IMG/VR virus record: IMGVR_UViG_3300035670_000060
Coordinates: 49,654-113,653 of that record
Source: a virus
DNA: 64,000 bases
Reading direction: 5' to 3' (one strand)
The notes below the pieces were generated by a model. The model was not told the origin of the DNA. It ran no database searches and worked only from the letters and a program-made list of their open reading frames with translations. This document shows, piece by piece, positions 40,350-49,495 of the stretch (positions are counted from its first letter, which is position 1; the number at the start of each line of letters is the position of its first letter). The position numbers were made by a program, and so were the translations under genes.

Positions 40350-41084
40350 ATGCCTTTACCTAAAATTAATGCACCTATTTTTGAATTGATTTTGCCATCT
40401 ACAGGTAAACCTGTCAAATATAGGCCCTTCCTAGTCAAAGAACAAAAGATTTTAATGATGGCCCTTGAGGGTGAAGACAATAAAGATATGACTACTGCAA
40501 TGAAACAAGTTATCAATAACTGTGCAGTAGACGATGTTGACGTTGAAAAAATGCCAACTTTCGATTTGGAATACTTTTTTACTCGGTTACGAGCAAAGTC
40601 CATAGGTGAAAACGTAGAACTCATCATGAGACATGAAGGTACTAAAAATAAATCTGGTCAAGAATGTGATGGCGAAACTAAAGTTAATGTTAATCTTATG
40701 GACATTGAAGTAATAAAATCCGAAGATCATACAGATAAAATTATATTGGATGACGTAACAGGTATTGGAATTAAAATGCGTTATCCAACCATGAATTCTT
40801 TCGATACTTCAGAAGCAAAAACAGATTTAGACCTCGCTGCAATATCAATATTAAATAGTATAGATTATATTTTTGATAAAGAAGAAATCTATAAAAAAGA
40901 AGATCAGACTAAAGAAGACTTGTCGGAATTTATTGACAGTCTTTCACAAGATCAATTTGAAAAACTTGCAAAGTTTTTTGAAACTATGCCGAAACTAAAA
41001 CATACAATTAAATGGACTTGTAGCAAATGTGGTGAAAAAGACTCGATTGATTTGGAGGGAATGTCAAATTTTTTCGCCTTCTGA
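40350..41084 (+). CDS. gp26: Baseplate hub assembly chaperone
   Basis: MPLPKI..LPSTGK.VKYRPFLVKEQK, FDLEY.F..LRAKSIGE, FFETMPKL, EGMSNFF. Confidence 0.93.
   Translation: MPLPKINAPIFELILPSTGKPVKYRPFLVKEQKILMMALEGEDNKDMTTAMKQVINNCAVDDVDVEKMPTFDLEYFFTRLRAKSIGENVELIMRHEGTKNKSGQECDGETKVNVNLMDIEVIKSEDHTDKIILDDVTGIGIKMRYPTMNSFDTSEAKTDLDLAAISILNSIDYIFDKEEIYKKEDQTKEDLSEFIDSLSQDQFEKLAKFFETMPKLKHTIKWTCSKCGEKDSIDLEGMSNFFAF
41069..41075 (+). other. Candidate -1 ribosomal frameshift site T TTT TTC linking gp26 to gp51
   Basis: X XXY YYZ heptamer in gp26 frame; -1 frame open into gp51; internal GGAGGG 9 nt upstream. Confidence 0.6.
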
Positions 41085-41290
41085 TGGGGCATGAGAAGTT
41101 AGTCAATTATTATAAAACTAATTTCTCCTTAATGCAACATCATAAATATAGCATACACGAATTGGAAGATATGATACCATTTGAACGTGATGTTTATATC
41201 ATGCTACTTTCTCAATTCATACAAGAAGAAAATAAAAGAATAGAGCAAGATCAACAAGCATTTAAACAACAAATGAGGAGTAGGCGATAA
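41084..41290 (+). CDS. gp51: Baseplate hub assembly catalyst
   Basis: NYYKTNFSLMQHHKYSIHELEDMIPFERDVY. Confidence 0.9.
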   Translation: MGHEKLVNYYKTNFSLMQHHKYSIHELEDMIPFERDVYIMLLSQFIQEENKRIEQDQQAFKQQMRSRR

Positions 41291-41844
41291 TGGCATTTCA
41301 ATTCGGCACAAAAAAAGAAGAGTCTAAAAAAGAAGAAGAATCAAAAGATTCTTCACCAGAAACTGCAAGTAAAGAAGATTGGATGACAAAGAAGTGGCGT
41401 CCAATGATGGCAATTATGTACATGATTTGCTGTCTTGCAGATTTCGCTATATTTCCTATTATGTTTACCATCGTTCAGTTTTGGGAAACTCAAGCAGCCA
41501 ATGACGCATTTCGTCAGTGGGTGCCTATTACACTTCAGGGTGGTGGTCTATTTCATGTAGCAATGGGCGCAGTCTTAGGTGTAACGGCATTTGGTCGTAC
41601 ACAAGAAAAAATTGCTGGTGCTACCAGTGGCACACCGACACCAACGCTAAGTTCTACGCCACCTTCGATGGCAAATCAACCTCAAATGAGTGGATATGCT
41701 CCACAGCCATCGACAATGCAGAGAAGTGTGCCATCATATAATTCTGATCCCTATGTAAGTAATGCAAATCCATCACCGACTGGCGCACCAAACTTAGCAA
41801 GAATTCGCCAACTTGATCCAGACAATGTATTTGAACGTGGATAA
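41290..41844 (+). CDS. Membrane protein, holin-like (3TM/GTA-holin type motif)
   Basis: WMTKKWRPMMA + hydrophobic helix, GAVLGVTAFGRTQEK. Confidence 0.6.
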   Translation: MAFQFGTKKEESKKEEESKDSSPETASKEDWMTKKWRPMMAIMYMICCLADFAIFPIMFTIVQFWETQAANDAFRQWVPITLQGGGLFHVAMGAVLGVTAFGRTQEKIAGATSGTPTPTLSSTPPSMANQPQMSGYAPQPSTMQRSVPSYNSDPYVSNANPSPTGAPNLARIRQLDPDNVFERG

Positions 41845-41849
41845 ATTGA

Positions 41850-44800
41850 ATGGCTAACTATGCAGCAGCATTAGGTAAAATGGCGGCCGAAAAATCGGTA
41901 GAAACTGTCAAGGGATTTGTTAGAGGTGTTAAAGGTGCTGCTATGGCAGAAATGCCTGCGTTTGCAGCCGCATCAGGATTTGCTTCGTCGATAAGAAAGT
42001 ATGCAAATCAAAAAGAATCACAAACTCAAAATCAATCTGAAGTTGTAAAAGAGCAGCGAGCGAATAATGTAATAAGTCTTGAAATGGTCAGACAACTACG
42101 ATCAATGAATGCTGCTATCACAGTACAAACAAGACTTGCAGCAAATGCAGATAAACGTGCAACTGCGGCAGCACAATTTGCGGAAGAAGTTGAAAGAGAA
42201 AAAGCACTTCGTGATAAAGAGTTGGTCGATGCAATTAAGAAAATTAATGCTGGAAATGGAATCGTTGAAAAAGGTGAAAGAGGATCTGGATTTTCTTTTG
42301 ATGGTTTAAAAGATATACTTAAAGATGCATTTAAAAAATTTCTTTATGGATATATGGGTAAGCAAGTTTTAGATAAAATACCACTTCCTGGATCTATGGG
42401 TGGATCTGGCGGTGGTCGACAACCACCGCCAGCTGGTGGTGGTCAACAACCACCAAGAACACCTCCAGGAGGTGGACCACTTCCTGAATCTACGGGTGGA
42501 TCTGGAGGTGGTCGACAACCACCAAGAACACCTCCAGGAGGTGGCGTAGCCGGAGCATTCGCTAACATTGGAAGATATGTTTTACAAGCATTAAGAGCCG
42601 TTATGGCTGCTATTACAAGCCCCGCTGGTTTAGCAATTATAGCGGGTTCTGCGATTGCATACGGCATAGCAAAAATATTGGGCAAACTTGGTGGCGGTGG
42701 TCCAGAAACAGGTCCAGAAAAAGGTGGTCCATATGACTATGGATCGGAAGGCAATGATCCCAATCAACCAACTCGACCTGCACCAAATGCTGCTGGAGGA
42801 GCTGGTTCAGGATCAAACTCAACAGGTCAATCAAGCAGCAGTCAAGGTGGAACGCCAGGTACGAGAGCCACCTCAAGCGAATTGAAATGGACAGTTCCTA
42901 TAACAGGTAAATTTGTTGTAACAAGCCCCTTTGGAGTACAAAGAAATACAGGTACACATAAAGGCGTCGATTTAGCACCGGCTGTTAAAGGTACAGCATC
43001 AATGGCCCTTGCAGCCGCTAATGGAACTATCACCGAAGTTCGTTCAAGTGGTTCTTATGGTAATTATGTACAGATTTCTCATGGTGACGGAGTTACATCG
43101 GTTTACGCCCATTTAAACGATTTCACAAGAGGAGTTTATAAGGGCCGTAGAGTTACCGCAGGATTTCCATTAGGTAGGGTTGGAAATACTGGCAGGTCAA
43201 GAGGCATACATCTTCACTTTGAAATTGCTGTAAAAGGCAATCAACAAGATCCAGCAAATTACATACCATCACTTCGTGCAGGAAAAGAAAACGAACCAGC
43301 CATAACTGGTGCAAGTGGTGACGTTCCTGCTCCTGGTGCTAAAGCTGGTGGCGGTGGTCCAAGTGTGGGTGTTGCGCCAAACACAGCTGGAGGTACAACG
43401 CCAGCAGTCATAACACCGTCCGTATCAGCAGCAGCACAGGCTGCACAGGGTGATCCTAATCTTGAAAGAAAACAAGATCAATTATTGAAAGATAGGGATC
43501 TGATTCGTGCAGCAGAAAATAAAATGTCGTATGGTACAGAAATAAAAGCAAAAGAATCAACTGTACCAAAAGATATAGAAGGAATAAGAAAAAATACTGG
43601 TACCACAAATACAGTTCTGAATCAAATAAAAAAAGATCAGAAGTTTTCTGCGCTTAAATTAGATGGAATTGATAAAAATTTAAAACCTATTCCTGGTTCT
43701 GGAATGGGCACTGGAATGGGCAGTCAAGCGAGAGGTCAAATAGATCCTGTCCAGAGATATTATGAAGATAAAATGAGATCTTTGAGTCAACAGTTTGAAC
43801 AAACTACGAATAGACTCATTAATACGACATTGACAAAAGCATTATTCCCTGATGGTAAAATTACGGGAGTTTCGAGAGAGCAAGCAAGTCGCCCAGGATA
43901 CATCGGCGATATGGTTCTAAGCAACGTAAATCTACAAAAGAAACTGACGCCGGCAATGAATAGAGTTTTCGGCAAACAATTTGGTGGGCAGTATGCATCA
44001 ATGTTATCTCAAGCAGGTGGATTATTAGCAGACAAAGCAATAAATGCACTTGGTAGTTCTTTACCTTTCCAAAATGATGCTTTCTCATATCAGCAAATTG
44101 CAGGAAATCTTTTGACAAAAGGTAAAGAAGGTAAAGCAGCAAGAAAAACTGGCCGTGAACAACTCATTTATGCAATGACTGGAATTCCTACTGGTGCACA
44201 ATCTGGATTAGCAGCAATGCAGAGTTTTTTTTCCCAAGCCTTTTTTGGTGGTCAAACTGGTCCGATGACACCACAAAAACAAATTGGTTCTATAACAGAT
44301 ACTATTATGGGCAAATTTGGACTTAAAGCTGGATCTAATATGATGAGCAGTAATAGTCTTCTTGGTGGTATGATGAATATGATTCCTGGTAGAAAAGTTC
44401 CGCAGTCCCGTGACGGTTCAATTCCTGTAAAAGTTACAAATTTAACAGGCAGTGGCAGTTGGTCTGAAAAATTAGATGAAACACTTGGTGACGGATTTGG
44501 TGATTTTTCTAAAAAAGCTGAAGAGACTGTTGGCGGATTCTCAGGAATTGCTAAAACAGGCCTTGAAGGAATGTTTAACGGTATTAAAACTTTTGGTAGT
44601 GCAGTAGGTTCGACTATGCAGAATCTCTTCGGCGGCGTAGGAAAAACAATGTCGGGACTTTTTGATGGAATGGAAACAAAAAATGATGGTTTCATTGGAT
44701 CATTGGTTAAATCTACGGGCAATTTTATGTCAGGTCTTGGATCATTATTCAGTACAGGTTTGAGTGCATTGTTAAAAGGTTTGATAAGTATATTAAGTGG

Positions 44801-45917
44801 TTTAGGTGGTGGCAGAGGTGGTGGTGGTGGATTCTTTGATAATATCATGAACATGTTTACAGGAGGAAACACCGGCAGTGGCGGTATCTTTGAAACTGTC
44901 GTTAATATGTTTCGTGGCAATAGCCCGGGTGCTGGTGGTAGTGTAGCTGGCAGTATACTAAGTACGGGTTTAAATGCTATAACTGGAGGTGGATTTGGTG
45001 CCCATGCGGGTGCTTTGGCTGGAGGTCTTGATTTTCCTGTACCTGGAATGGATATGGCAGGCGCACTGGCACCAGGTGGATTTGGTGGTGTCGTGTCAAG
45101 TTTAGGATCTTATTTAACATCAAGTGGTATGTCAACACTGGGCAGTCTAGCATCTAGTCTTGGTGGTGGCATAAGTGCAGTATCGGGTGCAATCAGTGGT
45201 GCTATGAGTGGTGTCGGTAGCGCACTTGCAAGTGCATTTCCTGGAATTGCAAGTGCAGTGGGTCCGCTAGCGGCTATACCTGGCATTGGTCCTATTCTTG
45301 CAATCGCAGCATCATTTGCTAAACCACATACTGTCGTAGGTAAAATTGTTGGCGGTATTGGTAAAGCTGTTAGTAAAGTTACTAGTGGTGTTAAAAAAGT
45401 ATTTAAAAAAATATTTTCCGACGAACGTCTAAAAAAGAATATAAAACCTATAGCTGAACTTCCTAATGGTCTTACACTTTATGAATACGAATGGAAAGAT
45501 AGTATACAATCCGTATTGGGTGATGCAAAACAAACAGGATTTATAGCGCAAGAGGTTCAAAAAGTTTTTCCTGATGTGGTTTCGCAATCGAAAAGCGGAT
45601 TTAAGATGATTGATATTGAGAAGTTGCATAACAATATGGTTTCAACTACACCGACATTAGATATAACACCTAATGCGTCTTCAACTTCATCTGTATATGG
45701 TCAAGTTCAAAGTCAGGCAAATGCACTGCGAGGCACAACAGTTAGCAGTAGCATGATGAGTTCGCAATCTGGTGCACAACCAAATGCTACAGTAGTTACA
45801 AATAGTGGAAATGATAACAGTTCACAAACAACAGTTGTAAATCAAGTTGTTGATAACGACTTTGTTCGATATGGCGCATTTAGAACTTCAGAAATGGGTA
45901 GACTTTCTTTTGGATAA
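41850..45917 (+). CDS. Tape-measure/gp29-like protein with M23 peptidase and S74-like domain
   Basis: HKGVD, YAHL, HLHFE M23 motifs; long helical G/A-rich region; FSDERLKKNI..GFIAQEVQKVFPD; follows gp26/51. Confidence 0.7.
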   Translation: MANYAAALGKMAAEKSVETVKGFVRGVKGAAMAEMPAFAAASGFASSIRKYANQKESQTQNQSEVVKEQRANNVISLEMVRQLRSMNAAITVQTRLAANADKRATAAAQFAEEVEREKALRDKELVDAIKKINAGNGIVEKGERGSGFSFDGLKDILKDAFKKFLYGYMGKQVLDKIPLPGSMGGSGGGRQPPPAGGGQQPPRTPPGGGPLPESTGGSGGGRQPPRTPPGGGVAGAFANIGRYVLQALRAVMAAITSPAGLAIIAGSAIAYGIAKILGKLGGGGPETGPEKGGPYDYGSEGNDPNQPTRPAPNAAGGAGSGSNSTGQSSSSQGGTPGTRATSSELKWTVPITGKFVVTSPFGVQRNTGTHKGVDLAPAVKGTASMALAAANGTITEVRSSGSYGNYVQISHGDGVTSVYAHLNDFTRGVYKGRRVTAGFPLGRVGNTGRSRGIHLHFEIAVKGNQQDPANYIPSLRAGKENEPAITGASGDVPAPGAKAGGGGPSVGVAPNTAGGTTPAVITPSVSAAAQAAQGDPNLERKQDQLLKDRDLIRAAENKMSYGTEIKAKESTVPKDIEGIRKNTGTTNTVLNQIKKDQKFSALKLDGIDKNLKPIPGSGMGTGMGSQARGQIDPVQRYYEDKMRSLSQQFEQTTNRLINTTLTKALFPDGKITGVSREQASRPGYIGDMVLSNVNLQKKLTPAMNRVFGKQFGGQYASMLSQAGGLLADKAINALGSSLPFQNDAFSYQQIAGNLLTKGKEGKAARKTGREQLIYAMTGIPTGAQSGLAAMQSFFSQAFFGGQTGPMTPQKQIGSITDTIMGKFGLKAGSNMMSSNSLLGGMMNMIPGRKVPQSRDGSIPVKVTNLTGSGSWSEKLDETLGDGFGDFSKKAEETVGGFSGIAKTGLEGMFNGIKTFGSAVGSTMQNLFGGVGKTMSGLFDGMETKNDGFIGSLVKSTGNFMSGLGSLFSTGLSALLKGLISILSGLGGGRGGGGGFFDNIMNMFTGGNTGSGGIFETVVNMFRGNSPGAGGSVAGSILSTGLNAITGGGFGAHAGALAGGLDFPVPGMDMAGALAPGGFGGVVSSLGSYLTSSGMSTLGSLASSLGGGISAVSGAISGAMSGVGSALASAFPGIASAVGPLAAIPGIGPILAIAASFAKPHTVVGKIVGGIGKAVSKVTSGVKKVFKKIFSDERLKKNIKPIAELPNGLTLYEYEWKDSIQSVLGDAKQTGFIAQEVQKVFPDVVSQSKSGFKMIDIEKLHNNMVSTTPTLDITPNASSTSSVYGQVQSQANALRGTTVSSSMMSSQSGAQPNATVVTNSGNDNSSQTTVVNQVVDNDFVRYGAFRTSEMGRLSFG

Positions 45918-45946
45918 AAAAAGGTGGCATTTCTGCCACCTAAAAA
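45916..45946 (-). terminator. Rho-independent terminator between convergent genes
   Basis: AGGTGGCA-TTTC-TGCCACCT hairpin with T-run on minus strand. Confidence 0.85.
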
Positions 45947-45982
45947 TCAACCAAGGAGAAACTAAATCAAATCAACCATCAA

Positions 45983-46879
45983 TCAATCCTCTTCTGCTAA
46001 CTTTTCAAAATAACTCAAGTCTTCATCATCACCATCGTCAGCAGCAGTCTTTGTAACAGGTGCAACCTTTTGTTGTGCAACTCTTTCAACAGCTGGAGAT
46101 CCACCAGTAATTGCACCAACAGCACTAGCAATTCCTAGAACAACATTCAAACGCTCTTTAATTTGGTCATAAGACTTAAAGTTAGTCTTATCCAAGAATT
46201 CTGCAAGTTTATATTCAGACTTCCAAATACGTTCTAAATCATCGTCATCTTTAGACAATGGGCTTGGCTTATCAAATTCTGATTTGTCATAGTTTTGATA
46301 ACCTTCAACTTTGCGAATCTTCAGTTTGAAGTTAGCACCTTCCCACAAATCAAATGGATTGACAGGTGACTCATCTTCAAATTCAGGATTCATCAAATCA
46401 TTTAGTTTGTCAAAGATTTTCTTACCAAACTTGAATAGACGGACTGTACCATCATTCTCAGGATTAGCAGGATCTTTAACGATATAAATGTTTGCGATGT
46501 ACTGAAGTTTACGCTTTTGTTTACGTACTACTTCTTTGTTTGCTTCAATGCCAGAGTTCCATAGAACAGTGTTATGTTCACACACTGGGCACTTTTGATT
46601 GATGGTTGTCAAACAATTATCAATCAACCATTGACCAGTAGGACCTTGGATTGAATGTGAAAAGATTTGAACCCAGGGCATGTCTTCACCTTCGGGTGAA
46701 GGTAGAAAGCGAATTGTTGCCATACCGTTGCCTGCTTTGTCAACCGTAGGTTTCCAGAAGCGGTCATCTTCGTATGACTTTTTGCCTTCTTCTTTATTGC
46801 TGAGTTTTGAGAGTTCGCCCGTTAGTTTTTCTAGGGCTTGGGAACGTGACTTCTTTAGATCGGCGAATGAATTTGCCAT
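45983..46879 (-). CDS. gp32: Single-stranded DNA-binding protein
   Basis: DDRFWKP, IRFLP, NCLTT..CPVCE, FKFGKKIFDK, GANFKLKI, acidic tail YFEKLAEED. Confidence 0.97.
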   Translation of the reverse strand: MANSFADLKKSRSQALEKLTGELSKLSNKEEGKKSYEDDRFWKPTVDKAGNGMATIRFLPSPEGEDMPWVQIFSHSIQGPTGQWLIDNCLTTINQKCPVCEHNTVLWNSGIEANKEVVRKQKRKLQYIANIYIVKDPANPENDGTVRLFKFGKKIFDKLNDLMNPEFEDESPVNPFDLWEGANFKLKIRKVEGYQNYDKSEFDKPSPLSKDDDDLERIWKSEYKLAEFLDKTNFKSYDQIKERLNVVLGIASAVGAITGGSPAVERVAQQKVAPVTKTAADDGDDEDLSYFEKLAEED

Positions 46880-47018
46880 ATGTATTACCTCGTATTAAAA
46901 ATTGTATTAGTCGTATAAAACTCTTGTCCACATATATCATTATCACCTACATGAGTATATATGCGTTTTTGTTCTTTAGGAATCAATAAAGCACAAATTT
47001 TTCTTTTAACCTCCTTTC

Positions 47019-47615
47019 TTATTTCAACACCAATCGCTTTAGGGCTGACTTCATTTTCATTTCGTCGAACCTTAAGAATGGCCGGTATTTCTTGCATAAC
47101 TTACTCACCTCACGGTATATTGGATCATTGATTGATTTGTCTGATTTTAGCATAAACTTTAGTATGGTGTCAAGTATCACTAAAGTTTCAAGACTAATTT
47201 CTTTTCTGAAGTACATTCGAATAATCTTAGGGTGATTGCCATGTACTGAGTAAAATAACTCATTGAACTCATTTACTGACAATTCACTTACAAAATTTAC
47301 ATCGTTTGTAAAATGATACGTTAAAGATTCTTGTCTTCGTTTCCAGTCTCTATATCTTTCTTCGCATTCGTCAGATAATAATTCACCAATCCATGTGTTC
47401 GTTTGGTGAATGAAATTAGCGACAAGAAAATCTTCAAGGTAATCTTTTTTTCGATTACCAAGTTTAGCAAAAAATATTTTATCTTTTCGTTTCAAAAAAC
47501 TGTCATAAGATATGTTAGTTTTTTTATTGTACTTGAAATAATCGTATGTGTCAAGTGTGAAATGATTTTTTAATGCAACATAAATTTTATATGCATCAAT
47601 CGCTTCCATTTTCAA
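47019..47615 (-). CDS. gp59: Helicase loader
   Basis: YVALKNHFT..YDYFKYN, KRKDK.FF.KL, ISLETLVIL, KYRPFL. Confidence 0.93.
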   Translation of the reverse strand: MKMEAIDAYKIYVALKNHFTLDTYDYFKYNKKTNISYDSFLKRKDKIFFAKLGNRKKDYLEDFLVANFIHQTNTWIGELLSDECEERYRDWKRRQESLTYHFTNDVNFVSELSVNEFNELFYSVHGNHPKIIRMYFRKEISLETLVILDTILKFMLKSDKSINDPIYREVSKLCKKYRPFLRFDEMKMKSALKRLVLK

Positions 47616-48009
47616 TTTCTTCTATGATTAATGGACCAGTAAGAATTGTATCTGAGTACGTACAAACCCAACCATTACCTTCTAAATCATACATACTGCT
47701 ACCTTCCAGAAATTCAAGCATCGCTTTGATTTCATTCTCATCCATACCATAAAATTCATAATCATTATACCAACCATCCCATTCACTAAAGTCATGGACT
47801 TCAAATTCACTATGAACATCCAGACCCTCATCTTCGTCATAACTTTCTAACCATTCTTCAATGGTAGTATTTTCTGGTGCTTCAACGAAATACTCACCCC
47901 ATCGCCAACATAATGTATGAGTTACCTTTTGACCAGTCTCCAAATTTTTCCAATATTCTGTTTGTTCAACTGATTTTTTATGTTCAGTTGTAATTTTCCA
48001 TGTAGTCAT
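47596..48009 (-). CDS. Acidic hypothetical protein
   Basis: 137-aa ORF coupled to gp33. Confidence 0.7.
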   Translation of the reverse strand: MTTWKITTEHKKSVEQTEYWKNLETGQKVTHTLCWRWGEYFVEAPENTTIEEWLESYDEDEGLDVHSEFEVHDFSEWDGWYNDYEFYGMDENEIKAMLEFLEGSSMYDLEGNGWVCTYSDTILTGPLIIEEIENGSD

Positions 48010-48248
48010 AGTTCATCATCCTCTAATGGCAGTCTCGCTTTTTTGGTAATCATGTTTGAGTCCATTGCTTCAGTTTCAATTCGACTTTTCATTCGTGGTG
48101 AAACTAATGCAGCAGCAGTTTCAATTTCTATATTCTTTTCTTCACAATATAGAACAATTGCATCTATCATCGTGATTGGTTGCTTCTCACGCATAATGCT
48201 AGTTATGTGACGCTCAAATTCTTTACTTGTTAATATATTCAAATTCAT
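48006..48248 (-). CDS. gp33: Late transcription coactivator
   Basis: IDAIVLYCEEKNIEIETAA..KSRIETEA..ARLPL; upstream of gp59. Confidence 0.9.
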   Translation of the reverse strand: MNLNILTSKEFERHITSIMREKQPITMIDAIVLYCEEKNIEIETAAALVSPRMKSRIETEAMDSNMITKKARLPLEDDEL

Positions 48249-48252
48249 ATCT

Positions 48253-48777
48253 TTAGATTCGCATTTTTGTTTTTTGGACATCCTTTCCCCAACGATAGAA
48301 AATGTGATCGCCGATTTGTACGACTTTCGTCGCAGTCTTTGCCCAAGATGGTTTCACGTAAGTTGCATGAAAGTGCGTAGCACCTTCTACAACATCTATC
48401 ATAATGCCTTTTTTGTATCCAGTCAAGAGAAATTCTGCAACTTTATAAGATTGTTTCCAGATGTTCATGTCTCTAGGTTTATGATCCTTTACGATACAAT
48501 ACCAAGAGAATTGGCAATCTTGTGTTACAATATCTTTAATTGTCTTAGGAAACCGATTCTGTTTATCGGCTAAACGATTGAGTACAACCATACCAACTGC
48601 TATCTTACCAATTGAAGGCTGATTGCCTGCTTCATGGTAGATGTTAAGTGCCATCCAGTACAAGTCAATTTTGCTTGTATCTTTGCTCTTCAGTAATGAT
48701 TGTGGATCTAATGAGTATGCTACAGATGCAAAAAGCAAAGAAAAGAGTAACACTACAACCTTTGAAAAGGTTTTCAT
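48253..48777 (-). CDS. SleB/Hydrolase_2 cell-wall hydrolase with signal peptide
   Basis: ALNIYHEAG, AVGMVVLNR, CQFSWYC, GATHFHATYV.P.W, IGDHIFY; start at 48777 after SD CAAGGAG. Confidence 0.9.
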   Translation of the reverse strand: MKTFSKVVVLLFSLLFASVAYSLDPQSLLKSKDTSKIDLYWMALNIYHEAGNQPSIGKIAVGMVVLNRLADKQNRFPKTIKDIVTQDCQFSWYCIVKDHKPRDMNIWKQSYKVAEFLLTGYKKGIMIDVVEGATHFHATYVKPSWAKTATKVVQIGDHIFYRWGKDVQKTKMRI

Positions 48778-48814
48778 ATCTGCTCCTTGTGAAATGCGGA
48801 AACAATTCCCTATA

Positions 48815-48822
48815 TATTTATA
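48815..48822 (-). promoter_or_regulatory. Late promoter upstream of SleB-like gene
   Basis: TATAAATA 38 nt upstream of start. Confidence 0.65.
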
Positions 48823-49495
48823 AAAGAAAAATTTCTTTTGGTACCTGTATGTTTCTTTCTTTAATGTCATTTGCGACATTTTGATCGACCAGATTCATAT
48901 CAACCCACCAATCTTCAAATGGTCCTTCACCACCTGGACCAGGAGAAATCACATCACCAACAATAAGTGTATATCCTAAATCATTAAGAATACTTCTACT
49001 TTCTTTTTGTGACGCTTGGTTGCCTAAGTATACATCTGTTTCATATGTTATGATACCAAATCTATATTTGTCCATTGGCAACCTTTTAAGTGCTTTTAGA
49101 GTTACTTCGCTTGGATCTATATCAAGCTGAAGATAGTCTATGATACGATTTTCACCATATCTTTCTTGCATGATTTTATCATAATCTACAGTCAAAGCAT
49201 TACAGCACAAAAAGTAATCATCAGGTCTAAGCGTAGACCATGCATATGCTAAATCTGGTAACATATCAATACTTAAACCGCTCCAATTATATTTTTGAGA
49301 TATTAGATATGTATTATTGGTATAATCAGGAACATTACAACCAATTTCGAGATATGTACCATTTCTTTTACCTTTCGTTAAAGATAAAATGAACAAGTCT
49401 TGCATTGCTTGAGAGTAGCTAAAGTGAATTTTTTCGCTACCATCAAATTCATATCTTAATTTTTTGTCGCTATTCCATTTAGTGTGATATCTCAT
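48818..49495 (-). CDS. FkbM-like SAM-dependent methyltransferase
   Basis: YSQAMQDLF, GTYLEIG, NNTYL, IDYLQLDID, ITYE, FEDWWV. Confidence 0.8.
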   Translation of the reverse strand: MRYHTKWNSDKKLRYEFDGSEKIHFSYSQAMQDLFILSLTKGKRNGTYLEIGCNVPDYTNNTYLISQKYNWSGLSIDMLPDLAYAWSTLRPDDYFLCCNALTVDYDKIMQERYGENRIIDYLQLDIDPSEVTLKALKRLPMDKYRFGIITYETDVYLGNQASQKESRSILNDLGYTLIVGDVISPGPGGEGPFEDWWVDMNLVDQNVANDIKERNIQVPKEIFLL

